Assembly (NCBI GenBank): GCA_011524995.1
Contig: WTJA01000028.1
Span: 15,453-79,452 of the forward strand
DNA: 64,000 bases
Reading direction: 5' to 3'
Source: Alphaproteobacteria bacterium
Lineage (GTDB): Bacteria > Pseudomonadota > Alphaproteobacteria > Puniceispirillales > Puniceispirillaceae
How positions within the stretch are numbered: the stretch's first letter is position 1; each line of letters opens with the position of its first letter. Positions 52,527-62,819 of the stretch are shown piece by piece. Below the pieces are notes generated by a model, which ran no database searches, had not been told where the DNA came from, and was given only the letters and a program-made list of their open reading frames with translations. Both the position numbers and the translations under genes were made by a program.

Positions 52527-55232
52527 TTATTTAGCTTTCGCAGTTAACTCATATAACAGATCCAACGCTTGCCGCGCTGTTAAATCATCTGGCCGTATCT
52601 CTCGTAGCTTTGTGACGACCTCATGATCTGGCGCTGTCTCTGGCACGGTTTCTTGCGCCGCAAAAAGCGGCAAGCTCTGTAATGTTTCACGGGGGGTATG
52701 AAGCGCGTCTGCTTTGCCTGTCTCAAGCCTGTCTAATATATCCTGAGCGCGGGCAATGACTGCATCTGGCAAGCCGGCTAATCGCGCCACATGAACGCCA
52801 TAAGACCGGCTCGCTGCCCCGGCCGCCACTTTGTGTAAAAACAAGATGTCATTTTGCCATTCTTTGACTTCCATCGTGCAGGGATAGAGGCGGTCTAGGC
52901 TCTCTTTGAGGGCGATTAATTCATGGTAATGCGTCGCAAATAACGTACGACATTGGCTGACATTATGCAGATATTCTAAACAAGCATGCGCTATGGATAA
53001 CCCATCAAAGGTCGCTGTGCCGCGTCCAATCTCATCTAAAATCACAAGCGAGCGATCGGTGGCTTGATTTAAAATCGTGGCCGTTTCTACCATCTCTACC
53101 ATGAAGGTAGACTGACCGCGTGCTAGATCATCTGAGGCACCAACACGGCTATAGCATTTATCAATAATGCCAATATGAGCGGCCTCTGCTGGTACAAAAA
53201 TACCGGCCTGAGCCAAGATAGCGATCAGCGCATTTTGCCGTAAAAAGGTCGACTTACCAGCCATATTGGGACCTGTGAGAAGCCATAGCTGATGCGCCTC
53301 ACTCATGTGGCAATCATTGGCCATAAACGCGGTGCCTTTTGCCAAAGCTTGCTCTACGACGGGATGGCGTCCTGCTTTGATATCAAATCGCCTGTCATGA
53401 CTTAAAAGGGGGCGCGCATAATCATGCTCTGTGGCCAAATTGGCCGTTGCGAGCGCCACATCCAAAGCCGCTAAGGCTTGGCCAGATTGTGAAATAGCAT
53501 CCGCAGCTTGTGTTATCTGCGCAATCAAATCAGCAAAAATTGCCAATTCCATCGCCAAGGCCTTTTCCCCAGCAGATGCGATATCACGTTCCAGCTCTGA
53601 TAATTTCACCGTGGTAAATCGCACAGATTGCGCGGTGGTCTGACGATGAATAAATTGCTCATCTTGCATTACTATCTCGGCATGGGCTGCCCGGACATCA
53701 ATATGATATCCCAAGACATTATTATGTTTAATTTTAAGGGATGAGATGCCTGTTTGCGCGCTATAATCAGCTTGCAATGCCGCAATCAGCCGGCGGCTTT
53801 CATCGCGCAATGCGCGTAACTCATCTAATGCGGGGCTAAATCCATCACGCACAAAGCCGCCATCTCTTGCCAATAATGGCACCTCATCTGCGAGTGCTAA
53901 TTGCACCGGCTCATACAAAGCAAGCGGCGCACAAATAGCATGATTCAAACCCTGGAATTGCTGCGCAAATGGCGCGGTAAAGCCAGCCCCAACCGGCCCT
54001 TCTGAAAGGCGAAGAAGATGCATTGAAATCTCTTGCGCGAGGGCAAAAAACCGCCTGAGAGATAACAGGTCACGCGGCCCCCCTCTACCGATGGTGATAC
54101 GGGCTAAGCACCGCTCACTATCAGGTAACTGTTTGAGCAAAGCCGCGATATCATCTCTGACATCATCGAGCGAGACAAAGAGGCTTGCGAAATCAAGTCT
54201 CTCATTAATTTGCACAATATCTGTCAAAGGCGCTGATAGACGAGAGGCAAGAAGGCGCGCCCCTGCGGCTGATTTTGTTTTATCAATGGCGCTAAGCAAA
54301 CTACCTTTGCGCTCGCCAGAGAGATTCTTTGTTAATTCCAAAGAGCGTCTTGTCGCTGGATCAATTTCCATCAACCCCGAATGCGAGACGACCGTCAAAG
54401 GGGCAAGGCGTGGCATTGTGGATATCTGCGTAGCTTGCAAATAACGCACCAAAGCCCCTGCAGCACTTAGCATCGCACGACTATAGGCGGAGAGATCAGG
54501 GGCCTGGTCGCCCTCATAGAGTGCGCGCAAAGTGGTCAGCGCGTCTTGGCTATCAAACGTGTGATCAGCCTGCGGCGAGATCATCACATTCTGGGATTTC
54601 AAAAATAGCGACAGCGCGGCATCATCAAACCCGTCTGGTAAAATAACTTCAGAGGGCTGCAGCCGTGATATCTGCCCCTCTAGACTTTCGCGTGACACAG
54701 CTTGCACAAAAAAGTCAGATGTTGACATATCCGCCCATGCCAACGCCAATTCGTTCCCTGCCTGTGCAATCACAGCGAGGAAGTTATTCTGATCAGGGGC
54801 TAACAGACCGTCTTCATTTAATGTCCCAGCGGTCACAAGGCGCACAACACCACGCGGCAAAGGCCCCTTGCCGCCGCGCTTTTTGAAACTCTCAGGATCT
54901 TCGGTTTGCTCGCATATGGCAACCTTGAAATCTTGCTTAATCAGGCGCGCCAAATAATTATCCATGGCATGAACAGGCACACCACACATTGGAATATCAC
55001 GCCCTTCAAATTGCCCTCTTTTGGTGAGTGTTAAATTTAAGGCAGAGGCTGCTATTTCCGCATCGTGGAAAAACATTTCATAAAAATCACCCATGCGATA
55101 AAATAGCAATGCTTCCGCATAATTGGCCTTAACCTCAAGGAATTGCGCCATCATAGGCGTTAAACCTGGTGCATTAGCAGGGGGAAGAGAGGCACTTTCT
55201 AGGCGGTGAGGTGAGACCATTTGGTTTGTCAT
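52527..55232 (-). CDS. mutS: DNA mismatch repair protein MutS
   Basis: 901 aa with TPMMAQFLE, FYRMGDFYEMF, the Walker A GPNMAGKST, and DEIGRGT. Confidence 0.97.
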   Translation of the reverse strand: MTNQMVSPHRLESASLPPANAPGLTPMMAQFLEVKANYAEALLFYRMGDFYEMFFHDAEIAASALNLTLTKRGQFEGRDIPMCGVPVHAMDNYLARLIKQDFKVAICEQTEDPESFKKRGGKGPLPRGVVRLVTAGTLNEDGLLAPDQNNFLAVIAQAGNELALAWADMSTSDFFVQAVSRESLEGQISRLQPSEVILPDGFDDAALSLFLKSQNVMISPQADHTFDSQDALTTLRALYEGDQAPDLSAYSRAMLSAAGALVRYLQATQISTMPRLAPLTVVSHSGLMEIDPATRRSLELTKNLSGERKGSLLSAIDKTKSAAGARLLASRLSAPLTDIVQINERLDFASLFVSLDDVRDDIAALLKQLPDSERCLARITIGRGGPRDLLSLRRFFALAQEISMHLLRLSEGPVGAGFTAPFAQQFQGLNHAICAPLALYEPVQLALADEVPLLARDGGFVRDGFSPALDELRALRDESRRLIAALQADYSAQTGISSLKIKHNNVLGYHIDVRAAHAEIVMQDEQFIHRQTTAQSVRFTTVKLSELERDIASAGEKALAMELAIFADLIAQITQAADAISQSGQALAALDVALATANLATEHDYARPLLSHDRRFDIKAGRHPVVEQALAKGTAFMANDCHMSEAHQLWLLTGPNMAGKSTFLRQNALIAILAQAGIFVPAEAAHIGIIDKCYSRVGASDDLARGQSTFMVEMVETATILNQATDRSLVILDEIGRGTATFDGLSIAHACLEYLHNVSQCRTLFATHYHELIALKESLDRLYPCTMEVKEWQNDILFLHKVAAGAASRSYGVHVARLAGLPDAVIARAQDILDRLETGKADALHTPRETLQSLPLFAAQETVPETAPDHEVVTKLREIRPDDLTARQALDLLYELTAKAK

Positions 55233-55336
55233 TATCTTCTGCTATGTGCTAAAGCTGAGGTAACTGTTAAGCGTGGCGAACATCGCACGTTATATCATCA
55301 ATTATTAACAGAATTTGCAAAAGGATAGTAGGGTAA

Positions 55337-57601
55337 ATGGCGACTGATCCTTCGAGTCTCGATAAAGAGGCACTAGATTTCCACGCGTCAGGTAGACCTG
55401 GTAAATTGGAAATCACACCAACCAAACCTTTGACAAGCCAACGTGACCTGTCTCTGGCTTATTCTCCAGGAGTGGCTGCCCCTTGTTTGGCCATTGAACA
55501 AAATCCTGCAACCTCGTATGACTATACGGCGAAAGGCAATTTGGTTGCGGTAATTTCAAATGGCACAGCGGTACTAGGCCTTGGTAATATTGGGGCCGCT
55601 GCCTCGAAGCCTGTCATGGAAGGTAAGGCTGTTCTTTTCAAGAAATTCGCGGATATTGATGGTGTTGATTTAGAGGTCGCCACTGAGGATATCGACCGCT
55701 TTGTTGATGCTGTCTCGTTGCTTGGTCCCTCTTTTGGCGGTATCAATCTCGAAGATATCAAATCACCAGAATGTTTTATTATTGAACAACGTCTTCGTGA
55801 AATCATGGACATCCCTGTGTTCCACGATGATCAGCATGGTACGGCCATTATTGCCGCTGCTGGCTTGATCAATGCGCTGCACCTCACCGGCCGTGATGTC
55901 AAAGATATCAAAATCGTCTCAAATGGCGCCGGCGCTGCCTCGATTGCTTGTGTTGAATTGATCAAGGCGCTTGGCGTGCCTCATCAAAATGTCATTCTCA
56001 CCGACCGTGAAGGTGTCATCTATCAAGGTCGTGAAACCTCTATGAACCAATGGAAATCTGCTCATGCGGTGAAGACAGAGGCGCGCACCTTAGAAGATGC
56101 AATCACGGGCGCAGATGTGTTCCTAGGCCTCTCTGTTGCTGGCGCTTTGACACCTGACATGGTGTCGAAAATGGCTGATCGTCCGATTATTTTTGCGATG
56201 GCCAATCCTGTGCCTGAGATCATGCCGGATGAAGCCAAAGCGGTCCGCCCTGATGCGATTGTCGCAACGGGCCGGTCTGATTTTCCGAACCAGGTCAATA
56301 ATGTGTTGGGCTTCCCTTATATTTTCCGTGGCGCGCTTGATGTGAGAGCAACCGCGATTAATGAAGAAATGAAAATCGCGGCTGCCAATGCGATTGCGAT
56401 GCTCGCCCGTGAAGATGTGCCTGATGAGGTGAGCGCTGCCTATCAAGGGGGCAATCTGCAATATGGCGAAGATTACATCATCCCAGCGCCTTTTGACCCG
56501 CGCTTGATCTCGTCTGTCTCTGCGGCAGTGGCGCAGGCCGCCATGGCATCGGGTGTGGCGCAAAAACCGATCGAAGATATCGAAGCCTATAAACGGCAAT
56601 TATCTGCCCGCCTTGATCCAACAGCGTCATTCTTGCAGGTCATTTATGATGCGATCACACCAGCCCGCAAGAAGGTGGTCTTTGCCGAAGGTGAAGAAGA
56701 AGTGGCCATCCGTGCGGCCTTGGCCTTCCGTAATGCCGGCTATGGTGAACCTATTCTTGTAGGCCGTGAACATCGGATCGCCCAAACCATCGAACAGCTT
56801 GGTCTAGAAGGCGCAGAGACGATCGAAGTCACAAACGCCAAAATCTCTGACCATAATGAAGATTATATTGAGTTCTTATATCAGCGTCTGCAAAGGCGCG
56901 GCACTGTGTATCGTGATTGCCAGCGGATGGTAAATCAGGACCGTCACGTCTTTGCGGCCTGTATGGTTGTGAATGGCCATGCTGATGCGATGGTATCAGG
57001 CCTGACACGGAATTTCCTATCAACCTTTGAGCATATCACCAGAGTGATTGACCCGGCTGAGAATGAGAAATTTGTTGCCACTTCGATGCTCATCTCGAAA
57101 GGCCGGACTGTCTTTATTGGTGATACCTCTATTCATGAAAGACCATCAGGCGAGCAGCTGGCGCAGATCGCGACCGCTGTGGCAGAAAAGGCCTCCTCTA
57201 TGGGCCATGCGGCAAAGGTGGCATTCCTGTCATTCTCAAATTTTGGCAGCCATGATTCTGAAATTACCACCGCGCCAGCAGATGCCGTGAAAGTCTTAGA
57301 TAGGATGAGCGATGTGCCGTTCGAATATGAAGGAGAAATGACAGCTGATATCGCGCTTGATTATGCCTTGATGAAAGGCAGATATCCGTTTAGCCGTCTG
57401 ACAGATGCCGCCAATATCCTCATCATGCCAGGGCTTTATTCTGCCAATATCTCATTTAAATTAATGCAGCAATTAGGCGGCGGTTCTGTTATTGGGCCAA
57501 TGATGCTTGGCGCGCAACATCCGTTCCAAATCGTGCAGATGGGATCATCTGTGAATGATGTGGTCAATGCCGCGGCGTTGGCAGCTTATGAAGCGCTCTA
57601 G
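55337..57601 (+). CDS. maeB: NADP-dependent malic enzyme with a C-terminal PTA-like domain
   Basis: 754 aa with [15 protein letters not shown] and the NAD(P) loop NGAGAA, plus a phosphate-acetyltransferase-like C-terminal half. Confidence 0.94.
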   Translation: MATDPSSLDKEALDFHASGRPGKLEITPTKPLTSQRDLSLAYSPGVAAPCLAIEQNPATSYDYTAKGNLVAVISNGTAVLGLGNIGAAASKPVMEGKAVLFKKFADIDGVDLEVATEDIDRFVDAVSLLGPSFGGINLEDIKSPECFIIEQRLREIMDIPVFHDDQHGTAIIAAAGLINALHLTGRDVKDIKIVSNGAGAASIACVELIKALGVPHQNVILTDREGVIYQGRETSMNQWKSAHAVKTEARTLEDAITGADVFLGLSVAGALTPDMVSKMADRPIIFAMANPVPEIMPDEAKAVRPDAIVATGRSDFPNQVNNVLGFPYIFRGALDVRATAINEEMKIAAANAIAMLAREDVPDEVSAAYQGGNLQYGEDYIIPAPFDPRLISSVSAAVAQAAMASGVAQKPIEDIEAYKRQLSARLDPTASFLQVIYDAITPARKKVVFAEGEEEVAIRAALAFRNAGYGEPILVGREHRIAQTIEQLGLEGAETIEVTNAKISDHNEDYIEFLYQRLQRRGTVYRDCQRMVNQDRHVFAACMVVNGHADAMVSGLTRNFLSTFEHITRVIDPAENEKFVATSMLISKGRTVFIGDTSIHERPSGEQLAQIATAVAEKASSMGHAAKVAFLSFSNFGSHDSEITTAPADAVKVLDRMSDVPFEYEGEMTADIALDYALMKGRYPFSRLTDAANILIMPGLYSANISFKLMQQLGGGSVIGPMMLGAQHPFQIVQMGSSVNDVVNAAALAAYEAL

Positions 57602-57630
57602 CAGCTAGCGACGATACAGCCAAATCCTAT

Positions 57631-57658
57631 GACAGACCGCTTAGGCGGTCTGTTTTTG
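57631..57658 (+). terminator. Rho-independent terminator of maeB, overlapping the 3' end of the convergent kinase gene
   Basis: GACAGACCGC-TTAG-GCGGTCTGT is followed by TTTTT. Confidence 0.7.
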
Positions 57659-58624
57659 TAAGGGGGCAATCAGCTGCGGTAGGTTTGCTTCGGGGCGCGC
57701 GCCATAATGACAGATAATCTCACCCGCGCAGGCTGAGGCAATCTCTCCACATAAACGAGCATCGCCCTGACGAGCGCGGCCATATAAATAACCAGCGGCA
57801 AAGAGATCACCTGCCCCTGTTGTATCTTTGACCTCTGATAAAGGCATGGCAGGGACCTCTGCAATCTCTCCATCTTTGTAAATGATAGCGCCTTCTGCCC
57901 CTCTTGTGATGATCAATTCATCCAATGTGCCCTGCAAGGCGGCAATAGAATCAGTGGCATCCTTCCCTGTCAGGGCACGCACCTCATCTTCATTACAAAA
58001 TAGAATTGAGACATGCGCTTCGATAAAGGCAGAGAGGGCATCAAAATGACGTTCGACGCACCATGGGTCAGAGAGTGATAAGGCGATTTTACCCCCTTGT
58101 TGGGCGGCAATCTCAGCCACTTTCGCAAAGAGAGCCGGGCCTTCTGGTGCATCAAATAAATAGCCTTCGAGATAATAGACATCAGCAGCAGGCAGATTAG
58201 CGAGATGCGAAGGGCCCATCTGGATACAAGCCCCCAAAAAGGTATTCATTGAGCGCACCGCATCTGGAGTCACAAAAATCATAGAGCGGGCGGTTGCTAG
58301 CCCATCATTGGTTACCTTACCCAGAAAGGTCACGCCGGTTTGTTCAACAGAGGCAATGAAGTCTTCGCCAAGGCTATCTTCAGCCACTTCACCAACATAG
58401 CCAGACTGCCCGCCTAATAGTGCAAAACCCACAGCAGAGTTTGCCGCAGACCCGCCTGCCATTGTCGTGGCATCTGTCATTTGAGATGACAAATGAACGG
58501 CTCTATCCTCATCAATGAGGTTCATCGCCCCTTTTTCAATGTGATTATCTGTTAAAAAGCTATCTTGGCCCGTGGCCACCATATCTACGATTGCATTGCC
58601 AACAAAAATTGCTTCTAACGCCAT
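57641..58624 (-). CDS. PfkB-family carbohydrate/nucleoside kinase (adenosine kinase-like)
   Basis: It has GGSAANSA and the C-terminal DTTGAGDLFAAGYL motif. I place the start at the ATG at 58624; the track gives a GTG at 58633. Confidence 0.8.
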   Translation of the reverse strand: MALEAIFVGNAIVDMVATGQDSFLTDNHIEKGAMNLIDEDRAVHLSSQMTDATTMAGGSAANSAVGFALLGGQSGYVGEVAEDSLGEDFIASVEQTGVTFLGKVTNDGLATARSMIFVTPDAVRSMNTFLGACIQMGPSHLANLPAADVYYLEGYLFDAPEGPALFAKVAEIAAQQGGKIALSLSDPWCVERHFDALSAFIEAHVSILFCNEDEVRALTGKDATDSIAALQGTLDELIITRGAEGAIIYKDGEIAEVPAMPLSEVKDTTGAGDLFAAGYLYGRARQGDARLCGEIASACAGEIICHYGARPEANLPQLIAPLQKQTA

Positions 58625-58773
58625 AATTCTCACACCTTTTTACGCCTTCGTCAGGGTCACCCTAGGCAGATGGGCTAGGTGAGTAAAGAAAAATATCTTG
58701 GTGCTTGTCTTCATACATCATTGCCCTCATAACTAAGTCACAGTGATAGATTTGGGGCTGATTGAGTATTTTA

Positions 58774-59388
58774 ATGATACGGGCGATTTTTCTAGGGATA
58801 GCAGCAATAGCATTAGCCGCCTGTGTGCCGGAGCAACAAAAGCTGATCGTCACAGCAGACCCGCCAAGTGAAACCATCACCCCCGCGCAGACTATTGAGA
58901 CAACTGACCCTGTTGTGCAAGCGCAACCTGTCCAAGAGCAAGTCACAAAGACAGAGGAGCTGCCAGAACAAGACACAGCGCCTGATACCTCATCTTTGCA
59001 ACGCGTGACGGTCTTACCAGACCCGCCAAAACCAAAAGAAGACGCCCTAGATATCACCCAGCTACAACGTGTGACGGTGTTGCCTGACCCGCCAAAGCCA
59101 GCACCTATTATTCCGCTGAATCCTTATCAATTTAACGGCCGACCCCTATCAGAGATTGCCGCACGCCTTGGCATAGCTGATCGCCAATTTAGCGAACAAG
59201 GGATGATGATACAGCATTATTATATGGCAATGTGTCATCTATTGTTATTTGTGGATGAAACAGGCACAGGTCCTGTCATTCTGCATATTGATGTGCGCGC
59301 GCCAAATCTTGGCGCAAACTTGGAAGAAGAGGCGTGCTTTACACAGATTGGGGCACGTGCTGATGCGTTTCAAGACAGAGGGCGCTAA
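58774..59388 (+). CDS. Lipoprotein of unknown function with an internal 13-aa repeat
   Basis: The signal and lipobox are MIRAIFLGIAAIALAAC. It has a Pro/Glu/Thr/Gln-rich linker with LQRVTVLPDPPKP twice, and a globular C-terminus. The track ORF starts at a TTG at 58762. Confidence 0.6.
   Translation: MIRAIFLGIAAIALAACVPEQQKLIVTADPPSETITPAQTIETTDPVVQAQPVQEQVTKTEELPEQDTAPDTSSLQRVTVLPDPPKPKEDALDITQLQRVTVLPDPPKPAPIIPLNPYQFNGRPLSEIAARLGIADRQFSEQGMMIQHYYMAMCHLLLFVDETGTGPVILHIDVRAPNLGANLEEEACFTQIGARADAFQDRGR
58996..59100 (+). repeat. Two 39-nt copies encoding LQRVTVLPDPPKP, 66 nt apart
   Basis: The copies are 58996-59034 and 59062-59100. They differ at 7 nucleotides, all synonymous in the + frame. 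Confidence 0.85.
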
Positions 59389-59392
59389 GCCG

Positions 59393-60037
59393 CTAGATTG
59401 TCTTCGCTTTATAGAGGCATAAATCAGCAATCTCACACGCCCCACAATCAGGTTTGCGTGCTTTACAGACATAGCGGCCATGCAAAATCATCCAATGATG
59501 CGCCCCTTTTTGCCACTGTTTTGGCACACGGCGTAATAATTCCTTTTCCACCACCACAACATCTTTGCCTGGCGCAATACCTGTGCGATTACCCAGGCGA
59601 AAAATATGCGTATCAACAGCGATAGTGGGATGGCCAAAGGCTTCATTGAGCACTACATTTGCGGTTTTACGTCCAACCCCTGGCAAGGCCTCTAGCGCCT
59701 CTCTATCTTCTGGGACTTGGCTGTTATGGTCGGCAATCAAAATCTGTGAGAGGGCTAACACATTTTTGGCCTTCATATTAAATAAGCCAATGGTTTTGAT
59801 ATGATCTTTGATACCACCCAAGCCAAGCGCGACCATCTTTTCTGGCGTATCTGCGATTTTAAATAATGACTTTGTCGCCTTATTGACCCCAACATCAGTG
59901 GCCTGCGCTGATAATGCCACAGCGACCAGAAGCGTGTAAGGATTGGTAAATTCAAGCTCTGTTTGCGGGTTAGGGTTAACCTTCGATAGCCGTGCAAATA
60001 CCTCATCAATATCAGCTAGCTTCATTTTTCGTGACAT
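59393..60037 (-). CDS. nth: Endonuclease III
   Basis: It has the HhH motif LPGVGRKTANVVL and the C-terminal 4Fe-4S cluster CKARKPDCGACEIADLC. Confidence 0.95.
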   Translation of the reverse strand: MSRKMKLADIDEVFARLSKVNPNPQTELEFTNPYTLLVAVALSAQATDVGVNKATKSLFKIADTPEKMVALGLGGIKDHIKTIGLFNMKAKNVLALSQILIADHNSQVPEDREALEALPGVGRKTANVVLNEAFGHPTIAVDTHIFRLGNRTGIAPGKDVVVVEKELLRRVPKQWQKGAHHWMILHGRYVCKARKPDCGACEIADLCLYKAKTI

Positions 60038-60145
60038 AGGCAGCTCTCTTTATCCTAACAGCGTGGCGCTTTTCTTGCGTTGTGACTGGTCCAATCTTGC
60101 TTACTTCCTATATAGAGACAAGAGAGAAAGTAACCAGATAGGCCT

Positions 60146-60637
60146 ATGACACATTATCACGCCTCCCCTCATGCTTTGAGTGATATCATTACGCTATGGC
60201 CCCATCGCTCGCTCAGCCAGCGCGGCTTTTTAATCGTCATGACAGCGATTGCCACTTTATGCTTCATTGTGGGGACAGGATTTTTTCTACTTGGCGCGTG
60301 GCCTGTCATTGGGTTTCTAGGCTTAGAATTTGTCGCTGTGTATTTGGCCTTCCATTATAATTATCGCGCTGCAAGAGCACATGAACAGCTTCTGATTCAT
60401 GAAAAGGGGGTGGATATTATCCGCGTCTCACCAAAAGGGTCCCAAGAACATGTGACATTACCGTCACTCTGGCTGACGGCAGAAGTGATCAAGGGGCGCG
60501 GGCGCCGGCGCAGTTTGGGTTTGCGTTATCACCGCGACTTTATCGAGATTGGCAGCTTTCTGCCTCCTATTGAGAAGGCAGATCTGCAAAAACTAATAAA
60601 TGAAAGACTAGCCGCCGCGCGACTTGGCCAGACTTAA
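60146..60637 (+). CDS. DUF2244-like integral membrane protein
   Basis: It has LWPHRSLSQRGF followed by two TM helices and a soluble C-terminus. The family assignment is from memory. Confidence 0.6.
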   Translation: MTHYHASPHALSDIITLWPHRSLSQRGFLIVMTAIATLCFIVGTGFFLLGAWPVIGFLGLEFVAVYLAFHYNYRAARAHEQLLIHEKGVDIIRVSPKGSQEHVTLPSLWLTAEVIKGRGRRRSLGLRYHRDFIEIGSFLPPIEKADLQKLINERLAAARLGQT

Positions 60638-61425
60638 AGGCCGAGCACATCTTCCATATGATAGAGGCCGGCTGTTTTCTGTGCGGCAATAAATCTGGCG
60701 GCTGTCAGCGCGCCTCTGGCGAAAATCGCCCGCTGATTGGCGATATGGGTGAGCTCAATACGCTCATCTTCGCCAAAAAAGACCACTGAATGTTCACCAG
60801 CCACATTGCCGCCACGCATGACAGCAAAGCCAATATCACCCTCTTTACGCGCGCCTGTTATGCCATCACGGCCGGCATCACGCACTGCGTCTAATGAGAC
60901 ATTTCGCCCTGCGGCAGCCGCATGACCCAAGGCCAAGGCCGTCCCAGAGGGGGCATCAATTTTTTGATTATGATGGGTTTCAACAATTTCAATATCCCAT
61001 TCAGGCCCAAGGGCTTTTGCCGCTTGCTGTACAAGCTTTAGCAGCAAATTCACCCCAATCGAGGTATTCGCACAATAGAGAATAGGAATCTGGGCCGCTG
61101 CCTTTGCAATCTCGGCTTCTTGTGCCTCTGACAGGCCTGTTGTGCCGATCACAAGCGCTTGCCCTGCGGCTGTCGCTGCCTCAAGCAATGCCATGGTCCC
61201 CTCTGGGCGTGAGAAATCAATGATCACATCCGCCCCCGCTAATTCAGCTGGCGTTGCTACAATCTGGCCTGTGCCGAATGACTCGCCGACAGCGGGGCTT
61301 CCCACATATTCAAGGCCGCCCACAATCTCGATATCGCTGGCTTGCGCAGCTGTCTGGGCAATCATTTGGCCCATACGGCCCTTTGCCCCTGATAAGGCAC
61401 ATGAAATTTTGGTCATCCTCTGCAC
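60634..61425 (-). CDS. dapB: 4-hydroxy-tetrahydrodipicolinate reductase
   Basis: It has GAKGRMGQ (the NAD loop) and ETHHNQKIDAPSGTA. The start is ambiguous between the GTG at 61425 and the ATG at 61416. Confidence 0.92.
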   Translation of the reverse strand: MQRMTKISCALSGAKGRMGQMIAQTAAQASDIEIVGGLEYVGSPAVGESFGTGQIVATPAELAGADVIIDFSRPEGTMALLEAATAAGQALVIGTTGLSEAQEAEIAKAAAQIPILYCANTSIGVNLLLKLVQQAAKALGPEWDIEIVETHHNQKIDAPSGTALALGHAAAAGRNVSLDAVRDAGRDGITGARKEGDIGFAVMRGGNVAGEHSVVFFGEDERIELTHIANQRAIFARGALTAARFIAAQKTAGLYHMEDVLGL

Positions 61426-61526
61426 TTCTTTCTCTTATGATTGCCCTAACGCTTGCCTGACACACCCTAGCAAGGGCGACGCCTCTTTTGCAAAAGATAA
61501 GTTAAAACTCTGTTGTAGAAGAGGGC

Positions 61527-62660
61527 TTAAGACGCATCATCGAACAAGTTTTTCACGCGGTCATACCAGCTTTTAGCCTTCGGACTTGTATCGCCTGCCT
61601 CTTGGAATTCTTGTAGTAATTCTTTTTGACGCGCTGTCAGATCCGTCGGTGTTTCAACTTGAATCTCGACAATCTGATCACCAAATTGTGACCCGCGCAA
61701 GGCTGGCATACCTTTGCCACGCATCCGGAATTTACGCCCTGATTGTGTGCCGGCCTCAATTGTCAAACGTGCCATTTTGCCAGAGATGGTTGGCACATCA
61801 ATCGTCCCACCAAGCGCTGCGATAGTCATAGGAAGCGGCACAGAGGTAAATAAGCGCTCGCCATCACGTTCAAAAATATTGTGTGGGCGGATATTCACGA
61901 AAATATAAAGATCGCCGGCGGGCGCGCCTCTCGTCCCGGCCTCCCCCTTGCCTGACAGACGGATCCGTGTACCCGTATCAACGCCTTTGGGGATATTCAC
62001 TGACAAGGTTTGTGTCTTATCAAGCCGTCCTTGTCCATGGCAATCACGGCACGGATCAGAGATAATCTCGCCTTGGCCCTGACAGGCAGGACAGGTGCGC
62101 TCTAAGGTAAAGAACCCTTGTTGCTGACGCACTTTGCCAACACCGTGACACGTGCCACATGAGGTCGGCTCACTGCCTTTAGCAGCCCCTGTTCCATGAC
62201 AGGTCTCACAGCCCGCAGCCACAGTCAGGGTGATATCTTTTTGTGTGCCAGAGAAGGCTTCTTCAAGCGTCACATCCATATCATAACGCAAATCAGACCC
62301 TTGGCGATTGCTGCCCCCTGATTGGCGACCGCCGGCAAATTCATTAAACATCTGATCAAAAATATCAGAGAAGCCGCCACCGCCGAAACCGCCGCCCCCA
62401 AAACCACCGCCGCCAAAGCCGCCGCCGCCACCTTGTTCAAAGGCGGCATGGCCAAGCCTGTCATAGGCAGCACGCTTTTGGTCATCTTTTAAGACGTCAT
62501 AGGCTTCGGTAGCTTCGCGAAACCGCTCTGCTGCGGCCTCATCATCAGGATTGCGATCTGGGTGATTGGCCATCGCCAATTTCCGATAGGCTGATTTGAT
62601 TTGGCGTTCATCGGCATCACGGCCTACACCAAGCACATCATAATAATCTCGTTTTGACAT
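61527..62660 (-). CDS. dnaJ: Molecular chaperone DnaJ
   Basis: From the ATG at 62660 the J domain is [12 protein letters not shown] with HPDRN. It also has a G/F region (GGGGF repeated) and four CxxCxGxG zinc motifs. Confidence 0.97.
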   Translation of the reverse strand: MSKRDYYDVLGVGRDADERQIKSAYRKLAMANHPDRNPDDEAAAERFREATEAYDVLKDDQKRAAYDRLGHAAFEQGGGGGFGGGGFGGGGFGGGGFSDIFDQMFNEFAGGRQSGGSNRQGSDLRYDMDVTLEEAFSGTQKDITLTVAAGCETCHGTGAAKGSEPTSCGTCHGVGKVRQQQGFFTLERTCPACQGQGEIISDPCRDCHGQGRLDKTQTLSVNIPKGVDTGTRIRLSGKGEAGTRGAPAGDLYIFVNIRPHNIFERDGERLFTSVPLPMTIAALGGTIDVPTISGKMARLTIEAGTQSGRKFRMRGKGMPALRGSQFGDQIVEIQVETPTDLTARQKELLQEFQEAGDTSPKAKSWYDRVKNLFDDAS

Positions 62661-62740
62661 GGCTATCACCCCACCAGCTTGCAAAATGGCCATCGCGATA
62701 GAACATCTGTGTTATCGCTTTGCGCCCTGCTATCATTGTG

Positions 62741-62781
62741 AAAAAAGGTTTATGCCTGATTGCCAAGACATAAACCTTTTT
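62741..62781 (-). terminator. Hairpin with a U-tract between dnaK and dnaJ (candidate partial terminator or attenuator)
   Basis: AAAAAGGTTTATG / CATAAACCTTTTT form a 13-bp perfect stem with a 14-nt loop. On the minus strand it is followed by UUUUUUC, and it lies about 40 nt after the dnaK stop. Confidence 0.6.
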
Positions 62782-62819
62782 GTGATGTTATCGCATAAAT
62801 TTGCGAACCATCTGTTTCG

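Noticed and set aside
58662-59057. A Cys/Gly/Ser-rich 131-aa minus-strand ORF that superficially resembles a RiPP or bacteriocin precursor
   Set aside because: It is the antisense shadow of the Pro/Glu/Thr-rich linker of the + strand lipoprotein gene. The + frame has a textbook lipoprotein signal, and the two repeat copies differ only at + frame synonymous sites. The minus ORF has no signal or leader logic and no neighbouring modification genes.
62371-62432. A tandem GGC/GCC-rich repeat in dnaJ
   Set aside because: It encodes the normal Gly/Phe-rich linker (GGGGF four times) of type I DnaJ proteins. It is not a separate repeat element.
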